Positions 19,915-28,290 of a stretch of 64,000 nucleotides of DNA are shown here, piece by piece (within the stretch, counting starts at the first letter, position 1; every line of letters begins with the position of its first letter). The stretch spans positions 4,954 to 68,953 of the forward strand of contig JAFULQ010000022.1 of assembly GCA_017473265.1 (NCBI GenBank), given 5' to 3'. The translations under genes and the position numbers were made by a program. Origin of the DNA: Erysipelotrichaceae bacterium. Its GTDB lineage: Bacteria; Bacillota_I; Bacilli_A; Erysipelotrichales; Erysipelotrichaceae. The notes below the pieces were generated by a model. It had not been told where the DNA came from. It did not search any database and worked only from the letters and a program-made list of their open reading frames with translations.

Positions 19915-20721
19915 TTATGCGGTTTTTTTCGTTTGCACAAGTTTTTTTACTATATTCTTATACTTTTTCCTATCCGTATCATTACGTAATATATTCTTCT
20001 CGATACTATAATATCGATATAATACCTCAAGACTATTATTGTGATAAACATAATTTCTGATTGGAACCAATCGTGTCAAAAAATCATCAAATGTTGGAAT
20101 GTCTGAATAACCTAATAAAGAGTCCAGCTTACCAAGTGTTAGAAAAATCTCTTTTTTCAATCTTAAATCACTTGTTTTATATATCGTAATTATTGAATTA
20201 AGTGATAATCTATCCAAGAAAACAAAAACACTTCCATATTGTAATAATTTACTTTTAAAACTATTTATTTCTTCCCTCATATGATTTTTGGCACTAACTG
20301 TAATATATTTGCTTATTATAAGATTTAATTGTAATTTTTGAATAAAATCATCAAATGCTTTTTCCGAATTAAGTGAATAGTAATTAGCAACTTTTTGTGA
20401 CACAACAGCATTAAAAATTGTTTCAAATCTTGAAATAGCATTATATAAATCAGGATATAAATTCCGTTCTTGCATGTATCTATCATAATATTCTTTGAAT
20501 TCAATATCCTTTTCGTAAACATGCTTATCATTTTCTTTTACAATTATTCCGCCACTTTTCTTAGCAAAAACATACTTAAAAGGAGTTATTACATTAATAT
20601 ACCCACATTTTTCAAGGATATGTTCAGCATCATGTTCAGAAACATCATTAAATATAATTCTCTTATCTGTTTTAAGATGTTCAATTTGTTCTTTAACTGT
20701 TTTGGGTTCTTTATATTTCAT
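19915..20721 (-). CDS. Abi_2 family (AbiD/AbiF-like) abortive-infection protein
   Basis: The N-terminus KTVKEQIEHLKTDKRIIFNDVSEHDAEHILEKCGYINVITPFKYVF is typical of the Abi_2 family. An extended -10 (TGGTATAAT, minus strand, about 20758-20766) and a GAAGGAAGAG RBS lie upstream. Confidence 0.8.
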   Translation of the reverse strand: MKYKEPKTVKEQIEHLKTDKRIIFNDVSEHDAEHILEKCGYINVITPFKYVFAKKSGGIIVKENDKHVYEKDIEFKEYYDRYMQERNLYPDLYNAISRFETIFNAVVSQKVANYYSLNSEKAFDDFIQKLQLNLIISKYITVSAKNHMREEINSFKSKLLQYGSVFVFLDRLSLNSIITIYKTSDLRLKKEIFLTLGKLDSLLGYSDIPTFDDFLTRLVPIRNYVYHNNSLEVLYRYYSIEKNILRNDTDRKKYKNIVKKLVQTKKTA

Positions 20722-20833
20722 GTTATTACTCTTCCTTCTAATTATTACTTTTAAATAATTATACCACGCTAAAAAAAGTGAATAGCTAAAGCATCCAATC
20801 TTTAACCATTCACTTCTTTTTTTATTTTCTATT

Positions 20834-21766
20834 TTATTTCTTAGCCTTATAAAACATTCTATTTTCTAAAGAGAAAATACGCGCCGTAAATTCCCCTTCT
20901 TGAACAGAATCCATTGCTTTACGCATCATTTCCATGCGTGCATCTAAATTATCAATCATATGCAACACTTCTGCTTCAGGAATCATTGGTAATACTGGAG
21001 AACCAAATTCATATTCCCCATGATGTGATAAAATCATATGACGCAACAATAACACAGACTCATCTTCAATTTGTAATTCCTCAGCCACTTTCGCAACTTT
21101 CGCTTGCATAATCGAAATATGACCTAACAATTTACCTTCCATCGTATATTCAGGAACTAAACCATCCGTTAATTCTACCATTTTACCCATATCATGAACT
21201 AAAATACCTGCAACTAATAAATCACGATTTAACATTGGATATAAATCACAAATGGAATTTGCAATACGTAACATACCTACTACATGTGTAGCTAATCCAC
21301 TTACAAATTCATGATGATTCTTAACTGCAGCCGCATGCTTAAAGAATTGTTCTTCATTTTCAATTAATAATGTACGAACTAATAATTGTAAATTCTCATT
21401 CGTAATACTATCTACTGCTTCCGCAACCTCTTTTTCTAAATCACTTCTAGCAATTAAGCCAGTAGTCACATAATCATCAAGATTATACATACTACTATCT
21501 GCCTCTTTTACATCCACTACACGCAATTGTAAAGCCCCACGATACTTAATAACTTCAGCCTTAACTAAAACCACACTACCTGGTTTTAATACTTCTCTTT
21601 GTACAGGTTTAATATCCCAAAGTTTTCCTTCAATAGTACCTGTGCTATCTTGGAAAGTCACAGATACATAAGGAGCCTTCGCAACCGTAACACCATCTTT
21701 AACTTGAGATACCAACATACAAGACTCTAGAGATTGTTGTTCCTTTAACTCATTAATCTTTATCAT
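20834..21766 (-). CDS. yhaM: 3'-5' exoribonuclease YhaM (OB fold + HD domain)
   Basis: It has an N-terminal OB-like region and an HD domain (GILVHDMGK, LSHHGEYEFGSP). The product is 310 aa. Confidence 0.85.
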   Translation of the reverse strand: MIKINELKEQQSLESCMLVSQVKDGVTVAKAPYVSVTFQDSTGTIEGKLWDIKPVQREVLKPGSVVLVKAEVIKYRGALQLRVVDVKEADSSMYNLDDYVTTGLIARSDLEKEVAEAVDSITNENLQLLVRTLLIENEEQFFKHAAAVKNHHEFVSGLATHVVGMLRIANSICDLYPMLNRDLLVAGILVHDMGKMVELTDGLVPEYTMEGKLLGHISIMQAKVAKVAEELQIEDESVLLLRHMILSHHGEYEFGSPVLPMIPEAEVLHMIDNLDARMEMMRKAMDSVQEGEFTARIFSLENRMFYKAKK

Positions 21767-23744
21767 ATTCTTGTTCCACTTCCTCTACTGCATTATATAC
21801 ATCATCATAATCAAAACCTTTAGATACTAAATAACGGAATACAGTATTACGTAACTTTGTACCCTCATACTTTTGACAATAACGCTTCCAAGCCTTTTGT
21901 GCTTGTTTCATTAAATTTGTATGTTCTACATCTTCATCTTTCTCAAATTCTAATAAAGACATAATTTCATTAACTGTTTCTGTTTCGTATCCTTGTTGAT
22001 ACAATTTCTTTTGTAAAGAAACCTTTTGCATCTTCATAGAACTATCCGTAGGCTTATCAAGCTGTTTTTGTGCCCATTTCACACCACGAGCCACTTCTTC
22101 CTCATGATCTTCATTCGCCAACTCATTTTCCACCGTTTCTTGTGGAATACCTTTTTTCACTAACGTACGAACAATCTTATGATTACCAACTTTTAAAGCA
22201 CGCATCGCTTCAATTTGAGAAATCATATATTGAGCATCATTGATATACCCTTTCTTTTCAAGTTTTTCAATGATTTCATTAATAGATTTAATATCTAATT
22301 CAGTTTCATTTGTTAGGAAATCATACATTTCTTTTCTAGTACGATCTTTAGAGGCAATCTTACGAATACATTGTAAATACGCTTTCGCATACTTTTCATG
22401 TACTAATAATTCTTCTAATTCCTTAGGCATAATCTTCGCATTAATATGATATTTCTTCTCCAAATATAAGTCCCAAGTAATCGTAACTTTTAATTCATCA
22501 CCTTGAGAACTTAAAAGCATTTCAATCATATCATCTTTCATACGCAATGCTTGAATATCATACACTTTTTGATACATATCAATCGCTTGTTGATATACAT
22601 TTAATACTGTTTGACCAAATACACGACTATCATAGATTTCTACTTTCTTAATCGCATTTTGATACATCTTTTCTTTATCTGCTTTATTCATTTCACTAAA
22701 TGCAATTAATTTATCCGCAAATTCTTCTTTTGTTGTAAATAAGAAACCAGTTTCATTTTCTAACACTAAATCCGTTAAAACATCATCAGGTCTAGCAAAA
22801 ACAACCAAACCACTCGCTAAAGCTTCAATAAATGTCATACCTTGTGTTTCAGATAAAGATGCAGATACAAATGCATCAGAAGCATGATAATACGAAGGAA
22901 TCATTGTATGTGGTTTACGATCTGTAAATACCACATAATCTTCTACATCCAAATTCTTAGCCATTTGACGCAATTCATCCAATTGAGGACCACCACCAAC
23001 GATAGCTAAACGAATCTTCTTTTGTAATTTCTTAATGATTGTAAATGTCTCAATAACAATATCAATACTCTTTTCAGCCGCAATACGCCCTACATAAACA
23101 AGTAAGAACTCATCATCCTTAACTCCCATTTCTTTACGCAAAGCCAAACGCGTTTCTTCATCTGTTTTTTCTGGTTCAAAACGTTCCAAATCTAATCCTG
23201 TAGGAATTACATGAATTTGTTTCTTAATGCCATACGCTTCCAAACGCTCTTTCGTTTTTGGACTAGGACAAATTAAAGCTGTACACTTTTCTCCATACAA
23301 TTTACTTAATGAATATACCGCACGTTTCGCAACTCTATCCACTGACTTTAAATTAAAGATATTTACATAGTGGGTATAATCTTCATACATTGTATGATAT
23401 GTACTTACCAAAGGAATAGATAAACGACTCGATACAATACGAGCAAAAATCCCCACACCAAACTCTGTATGTACATGAATGACATCCAAATTCATCTTTT
23501 TAATTTTATCTAACGCAGATAAATGAATTGGACTTGTTAAAACATAACCATAAAAACTATCTAATTCAATACCCGCTAAACGTAAAACACGTTCTTCCAC
23601 TAAATCTTTTGAAGCACTAGATTTTGTTGTAATCACATATACTTCATGTCCTTCTTTTTCCAACGCATTCTTCAATGTCACAATAGAAGAAACTACACCA
23701 TTAATATCTGGTGTATACGCATCTGTAAACATACCAATTCTCAT
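21753..23744 (-). CDS. GT4 glycosyltransferase (glycolipid synthase-like) fused to a C-terminal RecX-like domain
   Basis: I placed the start at ATG 23744 (MRIGMFTDAYTPDINGV) behind AGGAGG. GT4 motifs are present (EKSIDIV, ETQGMTFIEALASG). The last 250 aa or so resemble the long Bacillus-type RecX, with repeated helical units (KGYINDAQY, KKGIPQETV, QQGYETETV, SKGFDYDDV). Confidence 0.8.
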   Translation of the reverse strand: MRIGMFTDAYTPDINGVVSSIVTLKNALEKEGHEVYVITTKSSASKDLVEERVLRLAGIELDSFYGYVLTSPIHLSALDKIKKMNLDVIHVHTEFGVGIFARIVSSRLSIPLVSTYHTMYEDYTHYVNIFNLKSVDRVAKRAVYSLSKLYGEKCTALICPSPKTKERLEAYGIKKQIHVIPTGLDLERFEPEKTDEETRLALRKEMGVKDDEFLLVYVGRIAAEKSIDIVIETFTIIKKLQKKIRLAIVGGGPQLDELRQMAKNLDVEDYVVFTDRKPHTMIPSYYHASDAFVSASLSETQGMTFIEALASGLVVFARPDDVLTDLVLENETGFLFTTKEEFADKLIAFSEMNKADKEKMYQNAIKKVEIYDSRVFGQTVLNVYQQAIDMYQKVYDIQALRMKDDMIEMLLSSQGDELKVTITWDLYLEKKYHINAKIMPKELEELLVHEKYAKAYLQCIRKIASKDRTRKEMYDFLTNETELDIKSINEIIEKLEKKGYINDAQYMISQIEAMRALKVGNHKIVRTLVKKGIPQETVENELANEDHEEEVARGVKWAQKQLDKPTDSSMKMQKVSLQKKLYQQGYETETVNEIMSLLEFEKDEDVEHTNLMKQAQKAWKRYCQKYEGTKLRNTVFRYLVSKGFDYDDVYNAVEEVEQEYDKD

Positions 23745-23755
23745 ACCAAAACCTC

Positions 23756-24778
23756 CTAAACAACCTTCGTTTTCGAATTTTGTACTTTTATAAATACTAT
23801 GGCTCCTAGAATCATCAACAAATGATACGTTGTAAAACGCCATAAAACCATTACACTTGATACTTGAACACTCGACAACAGCATTCCAAACATCATCATA
23901 AAGACACTTTCCGTTCCACCACTCGCTCCTGGAATTGGAATAAAAGCATTCACATTCATTACAAATGATGTCAATGCAATCATTGTTACAAAATCTATTT
24001 TTTCAAAAGGAAAATCTAATGTCCATAAACAAAAGATTGGAATTGCATAATACATCAATAAGCGAAAGATATTAGCTAATACCACTTTAATAAGCAATTT
24101 CCCATTCGAGCGTAATACAGTTATCCCTTTTGAAAACTCGATAAGTTTCACTCTCATTTTTTCTCTAACTGATTCTTCATCTTTAACAATCTTAATTCTC
24201 GCTAAAAATGCAATTGCTACATGCAGAATCCAAGTATACACTTTCTTAGAAAATGTACAAAGAATGAGTACACCAATCACTATAGCATTCACTCCAAAGC
24301 CTAAAATTGCTAGCAAAAAAATAGAGTGATTCATAAAATAAGGTATTTTCCACACCAATAGAATTAAGGATACAAGCACCATAGTAATTTGATAAACAAT
24401 AAAATCAATAACTAGAATACTCGCAGAATGTTCAACCACTAATCCTTGCTTATGAAAAACAAAAACCTGTGCAATTTGTCCTCCACTACTACTTGGAGTA
24501 ATTCCATGAAAAAAGCTGGCGACTAAAGCATTCACAAATCCTTCTTTTAGTGAATAATCCTTCTTTACTATTTTAGCATATTGTTGCAGTATCCAACCAA
24601 CAATTAATTGGCAAAATAACACAACAAGAATTACAACCAAAACTTTACCAACATCTACATTGAGTAAAGTATTCATGATTTCTTCCGTATGATCTTTTAG
24701 TGCTAGCCACAAACCCCAGCCTGTAAAGATACAAACAATAACTGCATTTACTAAATAATTACGAATTAAACTTTTCAT
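23756..24778 (-). CDS. flippase-like / LPG-synthase-TM (UPF0104) family membrane protein
   Basis: It is an 8-TM-type protein with the conserved PIPGASGGTE motif. It sits between two GT4 genes. Confidence 0.75.
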   Translation of the reverse strand: MKSLIRNYLVNAVIVCIFTGWGLWLALKDHTEEIMNTLLNVDVGKVLVVILVVLFCQLIVGWILQQYAKIVKKDYSLKEGFVNALVASFFHGITPSSSGGQIAQVFVFHKQGLVVEHSASILVIDFIVYQITMVLVSLILLVWKIPYFMNHSIFLLAILGFGVNAIVIGVLILCTFSKKVYTWILHVAIAFLARIKIVKDEESVREKMRVKLIEFSKGITVLRSNGKLLIKVVLANIFRLLMYYAIPIFCLWTLDFPFEKIDFVTMIALTSFVMNVNAFIPIPGASGGTESVFMMMFGMLLSSVQVSSVMVLWRFTTYHLLMILGAIVFIKVQNSKTKVV

Positions 24779-25781
24779 TGTTTTCCAATACCTGCTTATA
24801 AACAGACTGTAATTGTTGTCCTATGAAATCAATACTTCTTTCTTGTGCTGTTTTATATCCTTCTTCTTTAACTGATGGTACACGTTTCTCTATAACATCC
24901 TGAATTAATTGAACAAAAACATCATTATTTGTTCCTTTATAACAATTTACTTGATCAAATAACCATTCATCATAAACACCAATATCACGTACAATCACAT
25001 TTTGATGACTCGCTAATGCTTCCAATACCACAATTCCTTCTGTTTCCTCATAGGACGGGAAGAAAAAGACATCACTACCACTAAAAGCTCCTTCAATAAT
25101 AGCCCCTTTAACATAACCAGGGAAAATAACATTATTTGGATGATTGCCTTGAACAATATCACGCACATGACTTGGTATCATCATATTGTTAATGGAACCA
25201 AACCAAATAAACTTATACTCTGGCATTCTTTTGGCTACTTCCACAAAATCAAGTATTCCTTTTCTTTCAAAAAACAACCCAACACACAAAACTACTTTAT
25301 CCTTTTCATCCAAGGAAAAATACTTGCGAAAAGCTTTTACTTTTTCTTCATTATAGCTAAAACACTGTAAATCAATTCCATTGGAAATTGCGTAAATTGG
25401 TTGTTGAAACCCATATCCTTCTAATAAACGCTTGGAATATGGGGTAGGTGTAATAATCAAATCTGCTTGTGAGTACAAATTTATCAAATGCTTTTTAAAC
25501 ATTGGTGCAATCGTATTGGAAAACACAAAGGAATTACGAAAATCCTCTTCTGTAGAATGTGCATGATAAATAACCTTTCGCCCTAATTCTTTGGCTTGTT
25601 TAATCATATGACTACTATTAGGACCTACCGTATTAATATGTAAAATATCATAATCATCACTAGGATCGCATGTCCATTCAATACCTACAGCATCTAATGC
25701 TGCTTGTTGATGTTTCAATGCTCTACCAATTCCAGAACCTGAAATCATCGATTCTCCTTCAAAATATAATAAAACTTTCAT
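24759..25781 (-). CDS. GT4 family glycosyltransferase
   Basis: GSGIGRA lies near the N-terminus, and the EX7E-like region reads PSYEETEGIVVLEALAS. Confidence 0.85.
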   Translation of the reverse strand: MKVLLYFEGESMISGSGIGRALKHQQAALDAVGIEWTCDPSDDYDILHINTVGPNSSHMIKQAKELGRKVIYHAHSTEEDFRNSFVFSNTIAPMFKKHLINLYSQADLIITPTPYSKRLLEGYGFQQPIYAISNGIDLQCFSYNEEKVKAFRKYFSLDEKDKVVLCVGLFFERKGILDFVEVAKRMPEYKFIWFGSINNMMIPSHVRDIVQGNHPNNVIFPGYVKGAIIEGAFSGSDVFFFPSYEETEGIVVLEALASHQNVIVRDIGVYDEWLFDQVNCYKGTNNDVFVQLIQDVIEKRVPSVKEEGYKTAQERSIDFIGQQLQSVYKQVLENNEKFNS

Positions 25782-26067
25782 AGAATCACCTCTTCATAAC
25801 TTATAACTTTACGATAAGCTCCTTAAAAACAAACTACTAATCACTCCATCAAATCGAAAGAAATTCTTAACAAAAAAAACCATATATACACTTTCACTAT
25901 ACACTATATTCCATCTTTAACCAACTGATACACTTTAAATTTTCTTTACTCATTTAATTTAGCACAAAAACAATAACCTTCAATGCACTGTAAACACTTA
26001 CATTAAAATTCACATATTTTTCCATAATTTCTTGATATTTTCAAGAATATTAATTGCTAGTATATAG

Positions 26068-26170
26068 TTGTACAAGAAGTTCCCATCCTTGTACAAGTTT
26101 TTCTCCTCAATAAATAAGATAAGTATTAAAGAATAAAATAGGAAAAGGCATATGTCTTTTTCTTTTTTTA
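26068..26170 (+). ncRNA. possible short C-rich sRNA (unit 0, weakest of three)
   Basis: TATAGT lies at 26063-26068. A self-complementary CTTGTACAAG pair forms a hairpin with loop AAGTTCCCATC. TCTCCTC follows, then a GAAAAG-GCATATGT-CTTTTT hairpin and T run at about 26142-26170. Confidence 0.3.
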
Positions 26171-26182
26171 TGTTTAAAACAA

Positions 26183-26237
26183 TTCACATCATTTCACACA
26201 ATCACACGATATTTCTGCAAACACTATCCTGTATAGT
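26183..26237 (+). promoter_or_regulatory. putative activator-dependent promoter of sRNA copy A (phased TTCACA repeats plus a -10)
   Basis: TTCACA occurs at 26183 and 26193 (10-bp phasing) and ATCACA at 26201. The -10 is TATAGT at 26232. The -35 is poor. Confidence 0.4.
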
Positions 26238-26242
26238 AATAA

Positions 26243-26380
26243 ATGTAAACAAAAAGTGTTTACATACGAATCTCTCCCTAAAATAATAATCCCCTATTAT
26301 TTGATTCGTATTATTCTATCCCCTAAAACAATATGAAACAAGAAAGGTAAAAGGACGAAAGTCCTTTTATCTTGTTTTCT
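26243..26380 (+). ncRNA. putative C-rich small RNA, tandem copy A
   Basis: A 5' hairpin ATGTAAAC/GTTTACAT is present. The stem ACGAATC...GATTCGT encloses TCTCCCT and an ATCCCC apical loop. The linker is TTCTATCCCCT. The terminator is AAAAGGAC-GAAA-GTCCTTTT inside AAACAAG/CTTGTTT. Confidence 0.45.
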
Positions 26381-26382
26381 CT

Positions 26383-26437
26383 TTCACATAATTTCACATA
26401 ATTATGCAACATTTCTATCGAATGTAAGCGCTATACT
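26383..26437 (+). promoter_or_regulatory. putative activator-dependent promoter of sRNA copy B
   Basis: TTCACA occurs at 26383 and 26393, and TATACT at 26432. These are exactly 200 nt from the copy A landmarks. Confidence 0.4.
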
Positions 26438-26442
26438 AAACA

Positions 26443-26579
26443 TATAAGCATATAGTAGCTTATACTATACGAACCTGTATCCCTGTAGATATCCCCCTTA
26501 TCTTTCAGGTTCGTAAAACTTCTATCCCCTTAAATTAAATGGAAAGTACCACATCCCCATGTGGTACTTTTCCTTTTTG
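26443..26579 (+). ncRNA. putative C-rich small RNA, tandem copy B
   Basis: A 5' hairpin TATAAGC/GCTTATA is present. The stem ACGAACCT...AGGTTCGT encloses TATCCCT and a TCCCCCT loop. The linker is TTCTATCCCCT. The terminator is GGAAAGTACCACAT-CCCC-ATGTGGTACTTTTCC followed by TTTTT. Confidence 0.45.
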
Positions 26580-26609
26580 TGGTATGATAAAGACAAGGAG
26601 AATCAATTT

Positions 26610-27143
26610 ATGAAAATATGTGCAATTATTGGAAATGGATTTGAAGAACTAGAAGCAATCGGTTCGATTGCCTTATTAAAAAGAAGCGGAATTGAAGTAG
26701 ACATTTTTTCTTTAGAAAAGGATATTGTTTTAGGTAAACATAACATAGCAATTACCAATGTATTACCACTAAAACAATGCCAAGAAAAAGATTATGATAT
26801 GTTGCTATTACCTGGTGGCCCTCATTATGAACAATTAGAAAATAATGTATACGTTATTGAGTTAATTCATAATTTCTACCAAAAGAAAAAAGGTATCGCC
26901 GCTATTTGTGCTTCCCCAACTATCTTAGGAAAAATGGGATTACTGCAAAATAGAAACTATACCTGTTTTACGAGTATGAATGAAGACTTCAAAGGCACAT
27001 TCTTAGACCAATATGTGGTTAAAGATGATTTTATTATCACTGCTAGAAGTGCTGCCGCATCCATTGACTTTGCTTTTGAAATTATTGAATATTTACAAGG
27101 CAAAGAGCAAAGAACAAAAATCGAAGAACAAATTTACTATTAA
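26610..27143 (+). CDS. DJ-1/PfpI family protein
   Basis: I placed the start at ATG 26610 (MKICAIIGNGFEELE) behind AAGGAG. The track start at 26559 lies inside the upstream terminator hairpin. The nucleophile-elbow Cys is present in AAICASP. Confidence 0.85.
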   Translation: MKICAIIGNGFEELEAIGSIALLKRSGIEVDIFSLEKDIVLGKHNIAITNVLPLKQCQEKDYDMLLLPGGPHYEQLENNVYVIELIHNFYQKKKGIAAICASPTILGKMGLLQNRNYTCFTSMNEDFKGTFLDQYVVKDDFIITARSAAASIDFAFEIIEYLQGKEQRTKIEEQIYY

Positions 27144-27170
27144 AAAAATGTGACACAAGTCACATTTTTT
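27143..27170. terminator. bidirectional intrinsic terminator
   Basis: The hairpin is AAAAAATGTGAC-ACAA-GTCACATTTTTT. Confidence 0.75.
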
Positions 27171-27639
27171 AGTTTCCAGCTCTGAAATTTTCGTATGCTA
27201 CATATGCATTAGAAATTTCTGTTACTAAAGCATCGATAGTAGCTTGATCTACTGTATATACGACTTCACTATCCTTACGAATGCTAGCTGTACCATTATC
27301 ATATACATATAAATAAACAATATCAGCACCCTTTTGTAAAACAACACGTGCAATTGCATTTCCTGCTGTTCCACCTTCTGTAAATGTCATACCATTTACT
27401 GCATTTTGAATAGCTGTATAGTAAGAACCATCAATCTTACTTAAATCAGAATATAACCATTCTGTATTTCCATCTTGTAAGAATGTGTTATAAGCAGCTT
27501 TCATACCGTTAGCACCATATTCATTCATTAATGTTACATATGCAGCACTATCAAATGTATCTTTTTTATCATTTGTATCTGCACAAGCCACTAAACTAAA
27601 AACTAATAATAAACTTAATAAACCTTTAACTAATTTCAT
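27169..27639 (-). CDS. lipoprotein of unknown function
   Basis: I placed the start at ATG 27639 (MKLVKGLLSLLLVFSLVAC, a lipobox) behind GGAGGAA. Confidence 0.7.
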   Translation of the reverse strand: MKLVKGLLSLLLVFSLVACADTNDKKDTFDSAAYVTLMNEYGANGMKAAYNTFLQDGNTEWLYSDLSKIDGSYYTAIQNAVNGMTFTEGGTAGNAIARVVLQKGADIVYLYVYDNGTASIRKDSEVVYTVDQATIDALVTEISNAYVAYENFRAGN

Positions 27640-27706
27640 ATATTTTTCCTCCACAAAAAAAGATTATATGCTTATTTTTTAAAACATACAATCTCTTTTT
27701 CAATTA

Positions 27707-28087
27707 TTATAATTCTTTTTTCCATAAGCCATGTAAGTTGCAATATTCATACACAGCTACTACTTTTTCATTCACTACAAATCTTGCTTCAGGTTCAACG
27801 TTTGGTTCTAAATATTTTACTTGGAAACCATTTTCTGTTTCAACGATTACAAATTGAATGAAATGTTCTTCAACCATTGGATGATCCACACTACCAATTC
27901 TTACAATCACTTCATTTCCTTCAACTCTTACTGCTGGAACATGCTTTTCTTGAGCCGCATCAGTTGTATTTGCTACTAATTCAGTCATTGGCTTTCCACA
28001 ACATACTACAGGAACCTTTGAATCCACTACTTTTACAATAATATTTCCACATACATCGCATCTATAAACTTTTAATTCTTTTTTCAT
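27707..28087 (-). CDS. dfx: desulfoferrodoxin (2Fe superoxide reductase)
   Basis: The N-terminal desulforedoxin site is CDVCGN...CCGKPM. The centre II ligands are EKHVP, HPMVEEH and CNLHGLW. Confidence 0.9.
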   Translation of the reverse strand: MKKELKVYRCDVCGNIIVKVVDSKVPVVCCGKPMTELVANTTDAAQEKHVPAVRVEGNEVIVRIGSVDHPMVEEHFIQFVIVETENGFQVKYLEPNVEPEARFVVNEKVVAVYEYCNLHGLWKKEL

Positions 28088-28225
28088 ATTTTTTTATCTC
28101 CTTTGGGCAATTCCCTTTATCTACTTTAATTATATTCCTTCTTATATACTTTACAAGCAATATGCTCATCTTTGTTAATATCACACAATTCAAAAATTAT
28201 TTTTTTAAATTTTTAAAATATCCTA

Positions 28226-28254
28226 TTGCATATTAAAAATCACCGTGCTATAAT
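28226..28254 (+). promoter_or_regulatory. sigma-A promoter of the tRNA-fMet/tRNA-Phe pair
   Basis: TTGCAT, then a 17-nt spacer, then an extended -10 (TGCTATAAT). Confidence 0.7.
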
Positions 28255-28290
28255 AAGTAAGCACTTGAGGGAAAGACTTAAGGTATACAT

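Noticed and set aside
19662-20833. An integrated prophage or ICE remnant at tRNA-Trp.
   Set aside because: There is no integrase, no duplicated tRNA 3' segment and no other phage genes. Only a single Abi_2 gene is present, so I report it as a minimal islet.
25800-26580. I considered a CRISPR array, a MITE cluster or a degenerate prophage end for the repeated intergenic region.
   Set aside because: The period is about 200 nt. There are no short identical repeats alternating with spacers. Each unit has promoter-like and terminator elements and covarying stems, which fits tandem RNA genes better.
26559-26609. The N-terminal extension of the DJ-1 ORF given in the track (MWYFSFLWYDKDKENQF).
   Set aside because: The extension is encoded by the sRNA terminator hairpin and U tract. 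A good AAGGAG RBS precedes the internal ATG at 26610.
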